A stretch of 63,788 nucleotides of DNA, filler included. It is 16 parts of 16 records of this genome, joined end to end, with 100 filler letters (N's around TTAATTAATTAA, not from the genome) between each part and the next. Parts side by side here need not be neighbours in the genome. Positions count along the whole stretch, not along the records: positions 44,565 to 47,936 come from SRR15195285_13914; positions 48,037 to 51,429 come from SRR15195285_14025; positions 51,530 to 55,195 come from SRR15195285_14043; positions 55,296 to 59,960 come from SRR15195285_14087; 12 more parts are not named here. One strand, 5' to 3'. Shown piece after piece: positions 44,565 to 55,763 of this stretch. Numbering within the stretch: position 1 is the stretch's first letter; the number at the start of each line of letters is the position of its first letter. The translations under genes were made by a program, and so were the position numbers. Under the pieces are notes generated by a model. It worked only from the letters and a program-made list of their open reading frames with translations, was not told the origin of the DNA and did not search any database.

Positions 44565-47340
44565 GGGGAGCTCGTGTACTACGCGTCGGAGGACAAGAAG
44601 GACCAGAAAGGGAGCATCAAGCTCCAGCAGTCGTCCGACGTCCGCGTGTCTACTGCTCCAGGAGCCGCGGCGACAGAGATCGAGGTGGTGGCGCCGGAAC
44701 GAACGTGGCGCATCCGGGCAGAAACTGAGGTGGAGCTCGAGATGTGGCTCCAGGCAATACGGCAGTCTACCGAGGCAGCCGGCGAGGCTGAGGAGGGTGT
44801 GCCGCCGCAGCTGCCCGACCCAGTGGCCAATCCCCAAGTTGGTGGAATGTTCATGCGATGGGACCCGACCGACCCAGCGGCGAGGGAGGCACCAGCCAAG
44901 TGGTCTGCAGCAGTCGCAACGATGAAGGCCCTACCCCCGATATCGGAGAAGGGTTTCGAGGCTCAGCAGAGCATCATGGACTTCGGCGAAGAGATCAAGA
45001 CCTGGCGCGGCGACACCATGATCCCGTTTAAAGACGAGGACGTGACCACTGGGCAGCTCACCGCGATGCTCCGCTCGCGGGGCACGATTGCGGACGGCGT
45101 GAGCGTGAGCGCCATCGAAAAGAAGGCGCTCGGGATCCAGGGGATTCTTTCTCAGACCTATCGCTATACCGTGACGTACGAAGAAGGTGGCGAGGGTCCG
45201 AAGTCAATTATCGCAAAGTTTGCACCACCAGCGGTTGACTGGAAGTTCCTCACTGGCTCGACGTGCCTCAAGTCGCTGGCTGAGGAGGTCACTGTCTATG
45301 AGACGGAGATCTTCACGAAAATCGGCCTGGGCGAAAACGTCGGGGCTCAGGCGCAGCCCCAGTGCTTCTTCACGGCCTACGACGACATCCGCGAGGAGCT
45401 TATCATCCTGCTCGAGGATTTTGGCGAGCGAGCCCTCACTGCGGGCGACCAGATCTCCGGCGGTCCGGCCACAGGGAAGCCGCCGAGCTTGGAGAAGTTC
45501 ATGCCAGCGTTCAAGGCAGCAGGTGATCTCAACGGCAAGTACTTCGTGAGTATTTCCTGACGCTGCTTGCTCGCAGCCGGCCCGCTCTCACTCTCATTCT
45601 CACTGTCACTCGTTGACTCACTCGCTGACTCACGCGTCATATCCCTTCGCACACACAAAGAACGAGACGCAGCTGGTTTGGGAACACAAAGGAGATGGTG
45701 GCAGCGTGGTGAAGCTAGACCTCCCGAGCACATTCAGGTCGATCGATTGGCCAGCGGTGCAGGCCATTTTCCTAGTGAGCAGCCGTCGTGCTTTCCTCCT
45801 CCTCCCGCTTTTCCTCCTCCTTCTGTTCGAAGCCTTCTACCGTTTTCCGTTGAAGATGCAGCGAACACTGTCATGTTGCCTTGTGTGTATGATCAGCCTG
45901 CGTTTCCAATGAAGTGGGAGCAATTTCAGAGTGGCTGCAAGGTCATGGGGATTGAGATCACAGGTGAAAAACGCTCCGTTCCCTCACTTTCCATAGTTAC
46001 ATCAACGACGGTTTTACCACGATAGACTCAGAACGAACGAAAGGCAAACTTAATGCGAATGGCGCTTCACACAGAGAATATGAAAGCTTTCGGAGAATTC
46101 TTTGGACCCTTTCAGGGCGACTTCATTGCTGCTTTGACGGGCATTGAGAAGGGCGGGGTGTGCAACATGAGTCTCGGCGTAAGTCAGATTGCGTGGAGAA
46201 AGGTTTATCGCATGGACGTCATGTGTGTGCCCTTCCATATGGCTGAGCTCACTGACATATCGCACACAACAATCTCAACACATGCATGCATGTGTGCAGC
46301 ACGGCGACTTTCGTTTGGAGAATCTCTTCTTTGCGGAGGACGGTAAGTCAATGTTCATGTAACATCACTGTGGTCGCAGACTCCACAAAATCACTGCGTT
46401 TGCCAAGACAAGCTCAGGCGCCTGGTTCGAAATGAGAATTCTGAATGAACGCTCGATACACGTGCGAAACTACCCGGACGACAGGTTCCGATGAGGTGCC
46501 AGTTGCTTTTATCGACTTTCAGTTGGTGCAGATTGGAGCAGTCGGGTTTGATCCGATGTATTTCCTGATGAACAGTGAGTTGGTTGCTGCTGTTGTACAA
46601 TGCTTCTGCTCATCTTGACACGTGGGCTTCGCAGCCGGTTGACATTGTGCTTGTGTGGTGATATGACAGGTGTTCCGGTCGAGTGGCGGCGAGAGAATGA
46701 GCTTGCCCTTATCAGCGCGTATTACGATTCGCTAATCGGAGCGGGCAAAGCCGACCCAGCCGTCTTCGTAAGCACCGTGTTACACGAGCAACCTGTGCCG
46801 GCTCTTCCGTTGTGCTAATGAAATTATCTCGCTGATGCGTCGGGTTTCGCTTGTGGGTGGATTGCTATCGCTGCTGTCACAGACCTGGGAAGTGTACTGC
46901 ATCGAGCTCCAAGCGGCGCTGTGTGGGTGCATCTACAACCCTGTGTTCGTCGGAGCAGATGCGGAAAAGCAGGTACGCGTGGCGGAGCCGTCACTCACCT
47001 AGCGTGCTTTCTTGACACGTGGCTGAGCTCATACCTGCGCTTTCACAAGAGAATGAATTATGAGCTGGTGTGGTCAGTCGCAAACGTTTCAATTCATATA
47101 TGTGCGACGGATGTTGTGCAGGCGCCAGGCGGAGAGGCAGAAGACCCTCGAAAGTTTGAGCTGACCAAGACCCTTGCTGAGCGTTTCATGGTCTGCATCG
47201 AGGACTGGGGTGTGACCGCTGATACATTGAAGGCGATGAAGACAAGGGCGGACGCGAAATCGACACAGGCTGAGATCGCTGCGGAGGCGGCTGCCCTTGT
47301 ACCCGAGAAGTATCTCAAGGGTCGCGTCAGTGGTGCCTAG
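44565..47340 (+). CDS. PH domain + APH/choline-kinase-like (EcKinase-type) phosphotransferase, 5'-truncated, many introns
   Basis: PH C-terminal half LVYYASEDKKDQKGSIKL...ERTWRIRAETEVELEMWLQAI. GPKSIIAKF and ILLEDF. Micro-exons encode HGDFRLENLFF (about 46299-46343) and VAFIDFQL. Confidence 0.8.
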
Positions 47341-47393
47341 CTAAGGACGGTGCACTGCCTGAGAGTGCGGCCGCAACCATAAAAGGTTCGCTG

Positions 47394-47711
47394 ATGCGCA
47401 CAAAGCAGATGGAGTTGGTTTGCAAAGAGTGTGTGCGTGTGAAGGAGTTGGCACGCGAGAAGGTGATCGGGAGCAAAATGCCTAAGACCCCATGGTACTG
47501 CGATCTATGCTCGGACATGGGCGTGGAAGAGTCGGGTGTCTACACATCGCAGAATGTCTTCCCAGTGCACTCGCCACTGAAGAATGGCTCGAAGCGCAAG
47601 CGCGATGACCCGTATTGCAAGTGCTGGGATGCGCACGTCAAGAGGTGCCACCCACATATGCAAGCCACACACATCCCCGATCGGTGTGTATCACCGACTG
47701 TGCAAGCCTAG
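47394..47711 (+). mobile_element. Possible remnant of a piggyBac-like transposase C-terminal Cys-rich domain
   Basis: CKEC...KTPWYCDLC...CKCWDAH pattern directly after the kinase stop codon. No DDD core is present. Confidence 0.4.
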
Positions 47712-48036
47712 TGAGGTGTGTGATGAAATGAAGGTTGTTGTGTGGGTTTGATTGAACTTGCCCAGAATCTTCCTCATAGACCCTCACACATGGCCACAAA
47801 AACGTCATAGTTTTCTCTGATGGCTCTGGCACTAGGCGCGCTAGGTAGGTTTCTAGGCCAGTTGCGCGTGCCTCGTGGCTAATGGTGCAATACGAGCCAT
47901 TACCTCGTGCAAATATTCCCATTTATACACACAATGNNNNNNNNNNNNNNNNNNNNNNNNNNNNNNNNNNNNNNNNNNNNTTAATTAATTAANNNNNNNN
48001 NNNNNNNNNNNNNNNNNNNNNNNNNNNNNNNNNNNN

Positions 48037-51000
48037 CTCTGGCTCTGGCTCTGGCTCTGGTTGTGGGTCCTGTTTGGGTGCGCGAGCTTGGTTAATTTCA
48101 TCTTTACGTAATTTCATGGTCTGTTCATCATCTTCCCTCGGACCGACCTTGTCGTCATTGCGGAGGCTATAATGGAAGATTCGACCATCTTCACAGCCAG
48201 CACTGAAACACTTGGCGTTGACGCCACAAAGTCTTTGATAAGAAAATCCGCCAAAGACCTTTCGCGCACACGACTTGTGCAGGTAGTGGACGCAGCCACA
48301 ATCGCCGTACAATTCCACGCGGTCGCGGCCGGCTAGGATAGCAGTGTCTGCTGCTTTGCAGAGAGTCGGAAAGCATGTGGCAATATGGGCTGCTGGCGTT
48401 GCTATCTCAGCCGCCATCGCACTAGGTTTAGGCTTCGAGCTGGTCACAGCTTCCTTGTTGACGGAGAAATGGCCATTCTCATCGATGACTACAGCAGATT
48501 CAGAAGACCCAATTTGCTGTCGCCGCGAGTCTCGTCGTGCGGCTGCCTCCTGGCGACGCCGCTGTTTCTCCTCGGCCTTCGCTCGCTTCACCTCCTGTGC
48601 CCGGTCTTTTCCTCTAGATTTAGATATGGCCGCCTCCAGTTTCTCAAACACTTGTTCCACAACTGCGTGCGCAGCCCTCGCGGATTTGTCAATAGTCTCA
48701 GCCGCTGGCTCCTCTATCCCTTCTTTCTGTTTGGCTTGCTTGATGAATCGGACGATCATGGATTTCTGTGACTGAATCGTCTGCCCTACCTCGAACAGCT
48801 TTTCGCCTATGGACGCCAGGCTGACGATGTTCGTCGTCCCCTCCATTGGGGCAAAAAGCTCGCAGAGCTGCAGCCAATCTAGTGAATTGCTGCATTTTGT
48901 GCTGCCACCTGCATGCTTCAGCAGGTCAAGCACCTCATCAACGCCTGTAGCCTCATGATCTTCCTGAGAGAAACCGTCCTCCCAAGAAACATAGGATGCC
49001 ACCCGCACTGCTCGCCGGACATCGTGCTTACGAACCCCATGATCTAGCAGCAATTGCACGCATTCAGAATGCCCAAGGCGCGCAGCACGCATCAGAGGGG
49101 TCCAACCTGAAGCATCGGGCAAGTCAGAACTATAACCATGCTTCAGAAGCAGCTGTAGACACTCAACGCTGTTGTTCATCACAGCAAAGCTGGTGATGGG
49201 GAGGCCGTGTAAATGGCATGGTGGCGTGATTGCGTCCAGAGTAGTCCGTAGCACATCAACGTCATGGTCCTCCACAGCATTAAATGCATCGATGCAGGGC
49301 TTTTGAGTCGCCACGTGAGCCGCTGCAGCTTCAAGAAATTGACAGAACTCACATTGCCCCGGCGCAGATTGCGGCCCTTCGTTCGGGCCGTCAGCTTGCA
49401 GTGAAACGGACATGATCGGAATCGACTCTTTGCGAATCACGCATAGCTCTTCCGATTCGTCTGGTGCGTAGAACGCGAGTTCGTCCACACCTGGAACGGT
49501 CCAAATATCCCCGAATGTGATTGACCACTCCCCGTAGGCATTCTGGGTGAGCTGGCTCGCTATTACATGCTCACTCGGCGCTAGGGTGTTGCGCGCTGCA
49601 CAGAAGCATGCTCGTAGGAAGTCTGCACATGAGGTGTCAATGGTACCACCCTCGGCGGCTCCATCTAGGTTGTAAGGTGATAGGACTTCATGCCAGAGGT
49701 GGGTGCACGCAACCTGCGTCAGTTGCGTAAGGGGAATGCGGCTCCACTCTGCTTTGCTCAGGTGGCGGGAAAATGTGGACAAGACGGCCAGCCCATCTCT
49801 TCTTGCATTGTTGTTTGTGAATCCCGGAAGCGATAGTATTGTTGCGACCGCTTGCAAGATTCGAACCACGACTGCAGCGCATCCACCACACATTGGGACC
49901 GAACCACAAGACCGCGCAGCCAGGTCGCAGGCCTGTCTTGCAGCCCACACCGTACTTTGGAGGAGTCTATCTTCAGCTTTTGTCATTGGTTGTGCCATGT
50001 CAGCCGACTCCATCGCAAGCGCGTTTACACTGTCTGCGAACCCGTCGAGGTTGGCCTCCGCGTCATCCTCAAGATCGACAAACATGTTACCGCTGAACAC
50101 AGCCGCATAATCGCGCTGTTTTGTCGTTTTTGCGGAGCTGATGCAGCTCACGGTTGACTCCAATGCGCCCAGCTCGACGATTGCGGTCGTCACGCTGCCG
50201 CACGTACCTCCGCTTAGACCTGACAATATGCCCAGCGAAGATGGTGTATCTGCAACGGCCTTGATGAGTACCGTGACGAAGCTAGTAAAACAGTCCAGCT
50301 CCATGGCCACCCGATTGAACACATGTGCCAGGATTTCCATCGGAATGGCTTCCAGCTCCGTAATGCCGCGTGCTCTGGTGACAGGATTGATGACACTGTT
50401 GATATAGACCACCAGCATTTTGGCGATATCCTGGTGAATCAGCTCTGTCTCTTCGGAGCGGTTTTCTGCACGACGCGATGCGCGGTTCTTCTGCTGGTGT
50501 CTGGGGCCACGCGAACCGGCGCAACGAGCACAGACGCAAGGCTTTGATGGACCAAACCGTTCGCGAAAGGCGGACAAATATGCGTTCTCAATCAATGCTT
50601 TGTCCTTTGCTGTGAGTGCAGTCGCGGGATTTGCTTTCACAGGCTGTGAGTCTGCTGCCTTCGACGACGGCTGACCCCTAGACGGTGTAGGCTTCGCCGG
50701 TGCCGGGACAGCACCTAGCTGCTGCAAATACGACCGCGCCTTCCCTGCCTGCTTCGAGTCAGGCCGTAGCGCGATGACTTGCCTAAAGTCTGCTTCTGCG
50801 CGCTTTGTCTCACCAAGCTGCTTCAGCCTGGACCCACGGTTCTGGTGCCAGATATGAAGCTCCTTCTGTTCGCCGCTGTCGATGGCCTGCGTGAAGGCCT
50901 CGACAGCTTCTGGCCCGGAGCCTAGCTTACCGTGGCACAACCCAATCTGATTCCAGCACACGGCACGCCAATACCGTTGCTCATCACCCACACAGGTCTC

Positions 51001-51387
51001 CACCAAGCGTGTGTACACGGCGAGCGCCTCAGCAATCTCGCCCGACGCTATGAGCGCCCTGCCGCGGGCCATGCTGCGCTGCAGGGCTCCCTTCACGAAC
51101 TCGTCATCCGGATCCAGTCCTCGCTTTGGCTCGGGCTCGGGCTCGGGCTGAGGCTCGGGCTCGTCAGGCTCCTCTTGGAGCGCGGTATCGTTCTGCCCTT
51201 CCGGCGGTAGGTAGGTGACACGATGTGCGGTCGCGTTTCCCAGCAGAGGCACGGTTCCTGGCTCTGACTCTGGCTCCGGTTGCGGCTCTGCGGCGTTCCG
51301 CTCCTGCTCGGGCGGCGACGGCGGGGCCGCCGCCGGCGGCGAGCCAGGCGACGGCGGTACGGCGGAGGACGGAGCAGCTTGTTGCAT
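48037..51387 (-). CDS. TPR + helical repeat + ankyrin repeat + coiled coil + Cys/His finger protein (3'-truncated)
   Basis: TPRs (AVCWNQIGLCHGKLG...AVEAFTQAI; AEADFRQVIALRP). Ankyrin SGWTPLMRAARLGHSECVQLLLDHG. C-terminal CGCVHYLHKSC...CFSAGC. Contig ends in an EP repeat. Confidence 0.85.
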
Positions 51388-51767
51388 CGCACGCTGCAGG
51401 GCACTGTGATCAAGCACCACTGGTCCCGTNNNNNNNNNNNNNNNNNNNNNNNNNNNNNNNNNNNNNNNNNNNNTTAATTAATTAANNNNNNNNNNNNNNN
51501 NNNNNNNNNNNNNNNNNNNNNNNNNNNNNAAGTGGCCCGAAATCGCCGACTGCACACCTCGGGCGTACAGCACTCTCTGTGGGAGCCGAGAGCCAGAGCG
51601 CGCGCGCGCGGCGGCGCGCCGTATATTCTAATATATCATGCGCGCATCCGCCGCGGCGGCGGCGCGCGCGTATCCGCGCCGGCGATCGCGACGGACGTCG
51701 CGATACGGTGCGCACTCGTTGCCGGTTGCGCGAAGCGATCCGTCGTGGGCGCCGCGGTACTTCTTCT

Positions 51768-53377
51768 ATGCGGGCACTGTTCCTCGTGCTCCAGGTATGG
51801 CTTGGCTCGGTTGCAGCCGCAGTGGCGGGCGGTGGGCTGAAGGTCAAAGGCACACGCCTCACGTATGGAGACTCGAGCGAGGCAATTTTCCTCAGTGGTG
51901 TGTGCCCCACCGTCGCCTGCATGGCACTACTAACAACACCTTCGCATCGCGCGACCCTTCGTTGGAAAGGGGCGCCAATCGATGAATCATCATCTGTTGT
52001 GCTGCAGGCGCCAACCAACCGTGGCTTCACTACGGTGCAGACTTCGGCAACCATCGCCCGACCAATGAGGACTACTGCACGCTAAAGAACGACTATCTAG
52101 TGCCGCTTCAGCGGGCGGGCGGGCACACATTGCGCTTCTGGCTTTTCGTCGAGGGGTCTGGCGGCATCCCACAGTGGACGCCGGATGGGATGGTGAATAG
52201 CACCGACGCTGCCGGAAGTCTCGCAGAGGACATGCGTCAGTTTGTTCAACTGGCAGCGTCCATGGATATCATGATCGTTTGGTGCCTGTGGAATGGCGCT
52301 GTGCTACGGGACGCTCGCACCATCTCGATGATCGTCGACCCATCAGGCGTGGCTTTGAAGAGTTTTGTCGACCACGCGCTTACACCTCTCGTGACGGCGC
52401 TCAAGTCTGAGCCCGGAATCGGAGCGTGGGAAATCATCAACGAACCAGAAGGATCTGTCGCGTCGAACGTGCCGGATACAGAGCCTTGTTGGGATACGAC
52501 AAAGCTGAAGGGCACCGGCGCGGGGTGGGCACAACAGCCCGGAGCCAAAGGGAAGTCCGGCATCGGCCAACCACTCCCAATGAAATACTTGCAGCGATTC
52601 GTAGCTGTCCAAGCGGCTGCGATCCATGCTGCAGACCCAGGCGCGCTGGTCACTGTTGGATCGTGGAACGCGGTTGCCAACACCGACGCAGATGGACATC
52701 GCAATTACTGGAGCGACTCATGCTTGCAGAAGGCTTCCAACTTGAGAGAGCTTCTGGGCCTGCAAGTAGCTACAGTTTTGCATGCGACGCTCGACTTTTA
52801 TCAGATTCATTCGTGTAAGATGAGACACAGTTTGTCGCCACTGCAAATTGTGACTGTAGCTTACATGCGTGGCTGCTTGGCCGCAGATCCATCTGGTGGT
52901 GCGTTTAACGGAGAGTCCCCGTTCACTGGCCTAAACAAAACTCACTTTGGTCTCACAAAGCCGCTCGTCATTGGAGAGTTCCCTGCAGACGCTCTGAACG
53001 GCGGGCTTACAGACACGCAGCTATACCAGTACGCCTATGCCGCAGGCTTTGACGGAGCTTGGGGCTGGGCCTTGAATGCCGACGCCAAGAATGACGCTAC
53101 TCTGCTCGCCGGCATGCAATCGATCCGACACAACCGCGGCGTACTTATTACTGTCGGTACGAACACAGATCCACCAAAAGACGGATGCCGTCCTGCCCCA
53201 CCAATGCAGCCGATTCCTGTGCAACCGAAGCCAGCATGCAGCAACAAGGCGCCACCTGGGCAGTACACGTGCGCGCAGCAGAAATCTTGGGGAAAATGCA
53301 GCGCCGATTTCATGCGTGGGTTCTGTTGTGAGACGTGCTGGGGGTGTGCGGGGGTGCTCCAATGTGGCGGCCCCTAA
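51768..53377 (+). CDS. GH5 endo-beta-1,4-mannanase (GH5_10-like) with C-terminal Cys-rich putative carbohydrate-binding module
   Basis: Signal peptide. FLSGANQPWLHYGADFGN (intron 51898-52007), LRFWLFVEG, WEIINEPEG, LDFYQIHSY (intron 52815-52886), KPLVIGEF and GAWGW. Pro linker then CSNKAPPGQYTCAQQKSWGKC...CCETC. Confidence 0.92.
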
Positions 53378-53475
53378 TCCGATTAGAGCCGCTGATCCAA
53401 GCATCGTGTTCCCTCCAAAATCAATGAAAATTGCATTGACTTATGACGTATCATGAATGGATTCGCGCTACACAT

Positions 53476-55005
53476 CTATTCGAATATGACCGAGGATGTT
53501 CTCGATCGGCGGGGTGGTAGCGCGCGCCTCAGTCTTGTTGCCGGCCGCACTGCCACTTGCTTCAGCTCCACGAGGCGCAGGCGCAGCCACGCCCACACGA
53601 GTCTAGATCGCTTCGGCCCCATGGCATCGTAGTAGAATAACCCAAGTAAAGACGCTACAAGTACTCCGAGCAGCAGGCGTGGGAGCCATCGTCGCTTGAA
53701 ATCAGTTTTGTTGCCAGATCTGTCCACCGGCAGCGTGTACGGTACACTACTGTTCCACCCCTCAGAGCCACCACCGTCAGCGGTTGTGGCAACTGAGCTG
53801 ACACTTGCGCTGCCCTGCTCTAGCGCACCCAAAGGGTGGTCCTTGTCATCCTGAAGCCAACATCGCAACCGCAGCTGTAGCGTCCGTGAACGACGACGTG
53901 GCGGCTGTGCTTGCCAGATAAGCCTATACTGACCGGTCGAGAGGTGTGCGATCGAACCACGCCCCGGGCCACTGTATGTCTCTGCCGGCCGTATCTCAGC
54001 GCTGCTGCGATCAATGCCGCGGATGCTTCTCTCTGTTCCTGCTGGCACAAAATGGACTGAGAAGCTTAGCGACTCAGCTTCTTCGATGTCAAAGCGCCAC
54101 ACCAGTCGCTGTCGGTCGAGGCTTTCCAATGCCTCGGCATGTGGGACCACTTCGGCGCGCCCGACTGTGACAGTCTCTTCATGCCGCCAGCCGCCCGATT
54201 CGCTAAGGCTGACCAGATTATCGTCGCGCCCTCCCAGTTGCAGGTCGCCCTGGCTCCACACCGCTGTGCGCCGGGGTCCACCACCGAGCAACGCATCCAG
54301 CGCCTGCTCCGCCCCATCTTTGCGGATGATGAACTTCTCCTGTGTGCTTTTGTCCACGACCGCCGATATTACTCGCCATGCGCCCGTGAATGTAGCCGGT
54401 GCATTGACCACGACGGCTTGCTTCAGATTTTCTGGGTAGTGCTCCTGAGCGACTGACAGCACACCTGACAGCAACCTTGCACCGGAGGAGAGCTGTCGCC
54501 AGCCCACGCCTTCCAAGTCGTAGATATCCACGTTGCCTGGACTGCCAGCGGGGAGCTGCGATGCGATCTCCCGCTGCAAGGCGAGACCGCGTTCCATCCA
54601 CGCAATGTAGAAGCGCTTAAGCTGGCTTTCGTCAAAGCGCTGCTTCAACTGGTCTGCCTCAATGCAACGGAACCTCCAGTACGTCACAGGGCATCCACTC
54701 TCTGTCCGGCCGGCGAAAGTGCCGCACCACCAGTCGCCGACGCCGTCGGCATGAGCCGTGGCCAAGGTCTCGGGCGCCCCAACATTGTTCTGCTCACGAA
54801 AGGCCAGCGTGCCCAATAGTGCGGCATGAGCACGGCTGGCGTCGAGGTCCCGCGCCCGCAGAAAGCGCAGAAGGCAGAGCTCGACCCCACCGAACGCGGC
54901 CAGCATCTGGCGGCCAGCAGCTTTGGAGAAATCCCCGCTCGACAGCAAACGTGACCGGAGGCGATCAAGGGCGGCGCTCTCCTCGATCGAGCCAGCCGCC
55001 ATCAT
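53476..55005 (-). CDS. CRAL-TRIO (Sec14-like) + GOLD-like domain protein with C-terminal TM anchor
   Basis: LLRFLRARDLD, IYDLEGVG, QEHYPENLKQAVVVNAP...W. GOLD-like LVWRFDIE...FSVHF...GQYRLIW. TM LLLGVLVASLLGLFYY. Confidence 0.92.
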   Translation of the reverse strand: MMAAGSIEESAALDRLRSRLLSSGDFSKAAGRQMLAAFGGVELCLLRFLRARDLDASRAHAALLGTLAFREQNNVGAPETLATAHADGVGDWWCGTFAGRTESGCPVTYWRFRCIEADQLKQRFDESQLKRFYIAWMERGLALQREIASQLPAGSPGNVDIYDLEGVGWRQLSSGARLLSGVLSVAQEHYPENLKQAVVVNAPATFTGAWRVISAVVDKSTQEKFIIRKDGAEQALDALLGGGPRRTAVWSQGDLQLGGRDDNLVSLSESGGWRHEETVTVGRAEVVPHAEALESLDRQRLVWRFDIEEAESLSFSVHFVPAGTERSIRGIDRSSAEIRPAETYSGPGRGSIAHLSTGQYRLIWQAQPPRRRSRTLQLRLRCWLQDDKDHPLGALEQGSASVSSVATTADGGGSEGWNSSVPYTLPVDRSGNKTDFKRRWLPRLLLGVLVASLLGLFYYDAMGPKRSRLVWAWLRLRLVELKQVAVRPATRLRRALPPRRSRTSSVIFE

Positions 55006-55763
55006 CACGGATCCTTCCTCAATTGTCGGGGCACGCGGGCGTATCGTGCCCAAACCGTAGAGCACCAGGGAGCGCTCAGAGCAGGTTCTTGAGTGCAGTG
55101 AGCTGCGCGATGCGCATGCTTCGGCGCGCCGGCGACAGAGACCACGAGACGCTGGCAGACGAAGTCCGAGTGTCGGTAGCAGTGCCCAGGTTGGCNNNNN
55201 NNNNNNNNNNNNNNNNNNNNNNNNNNNNNNNNNNNNNNNTTAATTAATTAANNNNNNNNNNNNNNNNNNNNNNNNNNNNNNNNNNNNNNNNNNNNTGACC
55301 GGCCTCACAAGCCACGACGCGCGGCCCCTCGATTGCATGTTCTTTTCCCTCTCTAGAGGGAATAGACCAATTACGGGATAGCGAGTTTGTAATTCGCCCC
55401 CTTGAAGAGCCCTTGGCCCGTCTCGCTCGGAACAGTGTTCCCGGTGACTGCATGTGAGTTATCTGCATGATTGACTTCTTACGTAAACTGGGGTACAATT
55501 CCGCATAGTAATTACCATAGTAATTGGAAATCGATGGTGCGCGCACAAGCAATTCCAACGAACGTGGAACGGAGGCGCTTGCTACACTAAGACTTGTACC
55601 GACAGCTGGACGCACACGTGCACGTAGCAGCCTGCAGGCGCAGACAGAGCAACACCGCACGGGCAAGGACAGGGCGGAGGGAGGGTTGCTTGAAGGAGGG
55701 TGCTTCAGGGAAGGTGGGAGCGCGTGGGGAGGAGAGGAGCAGGCAGCGCGGCGAGAAGCTTGT

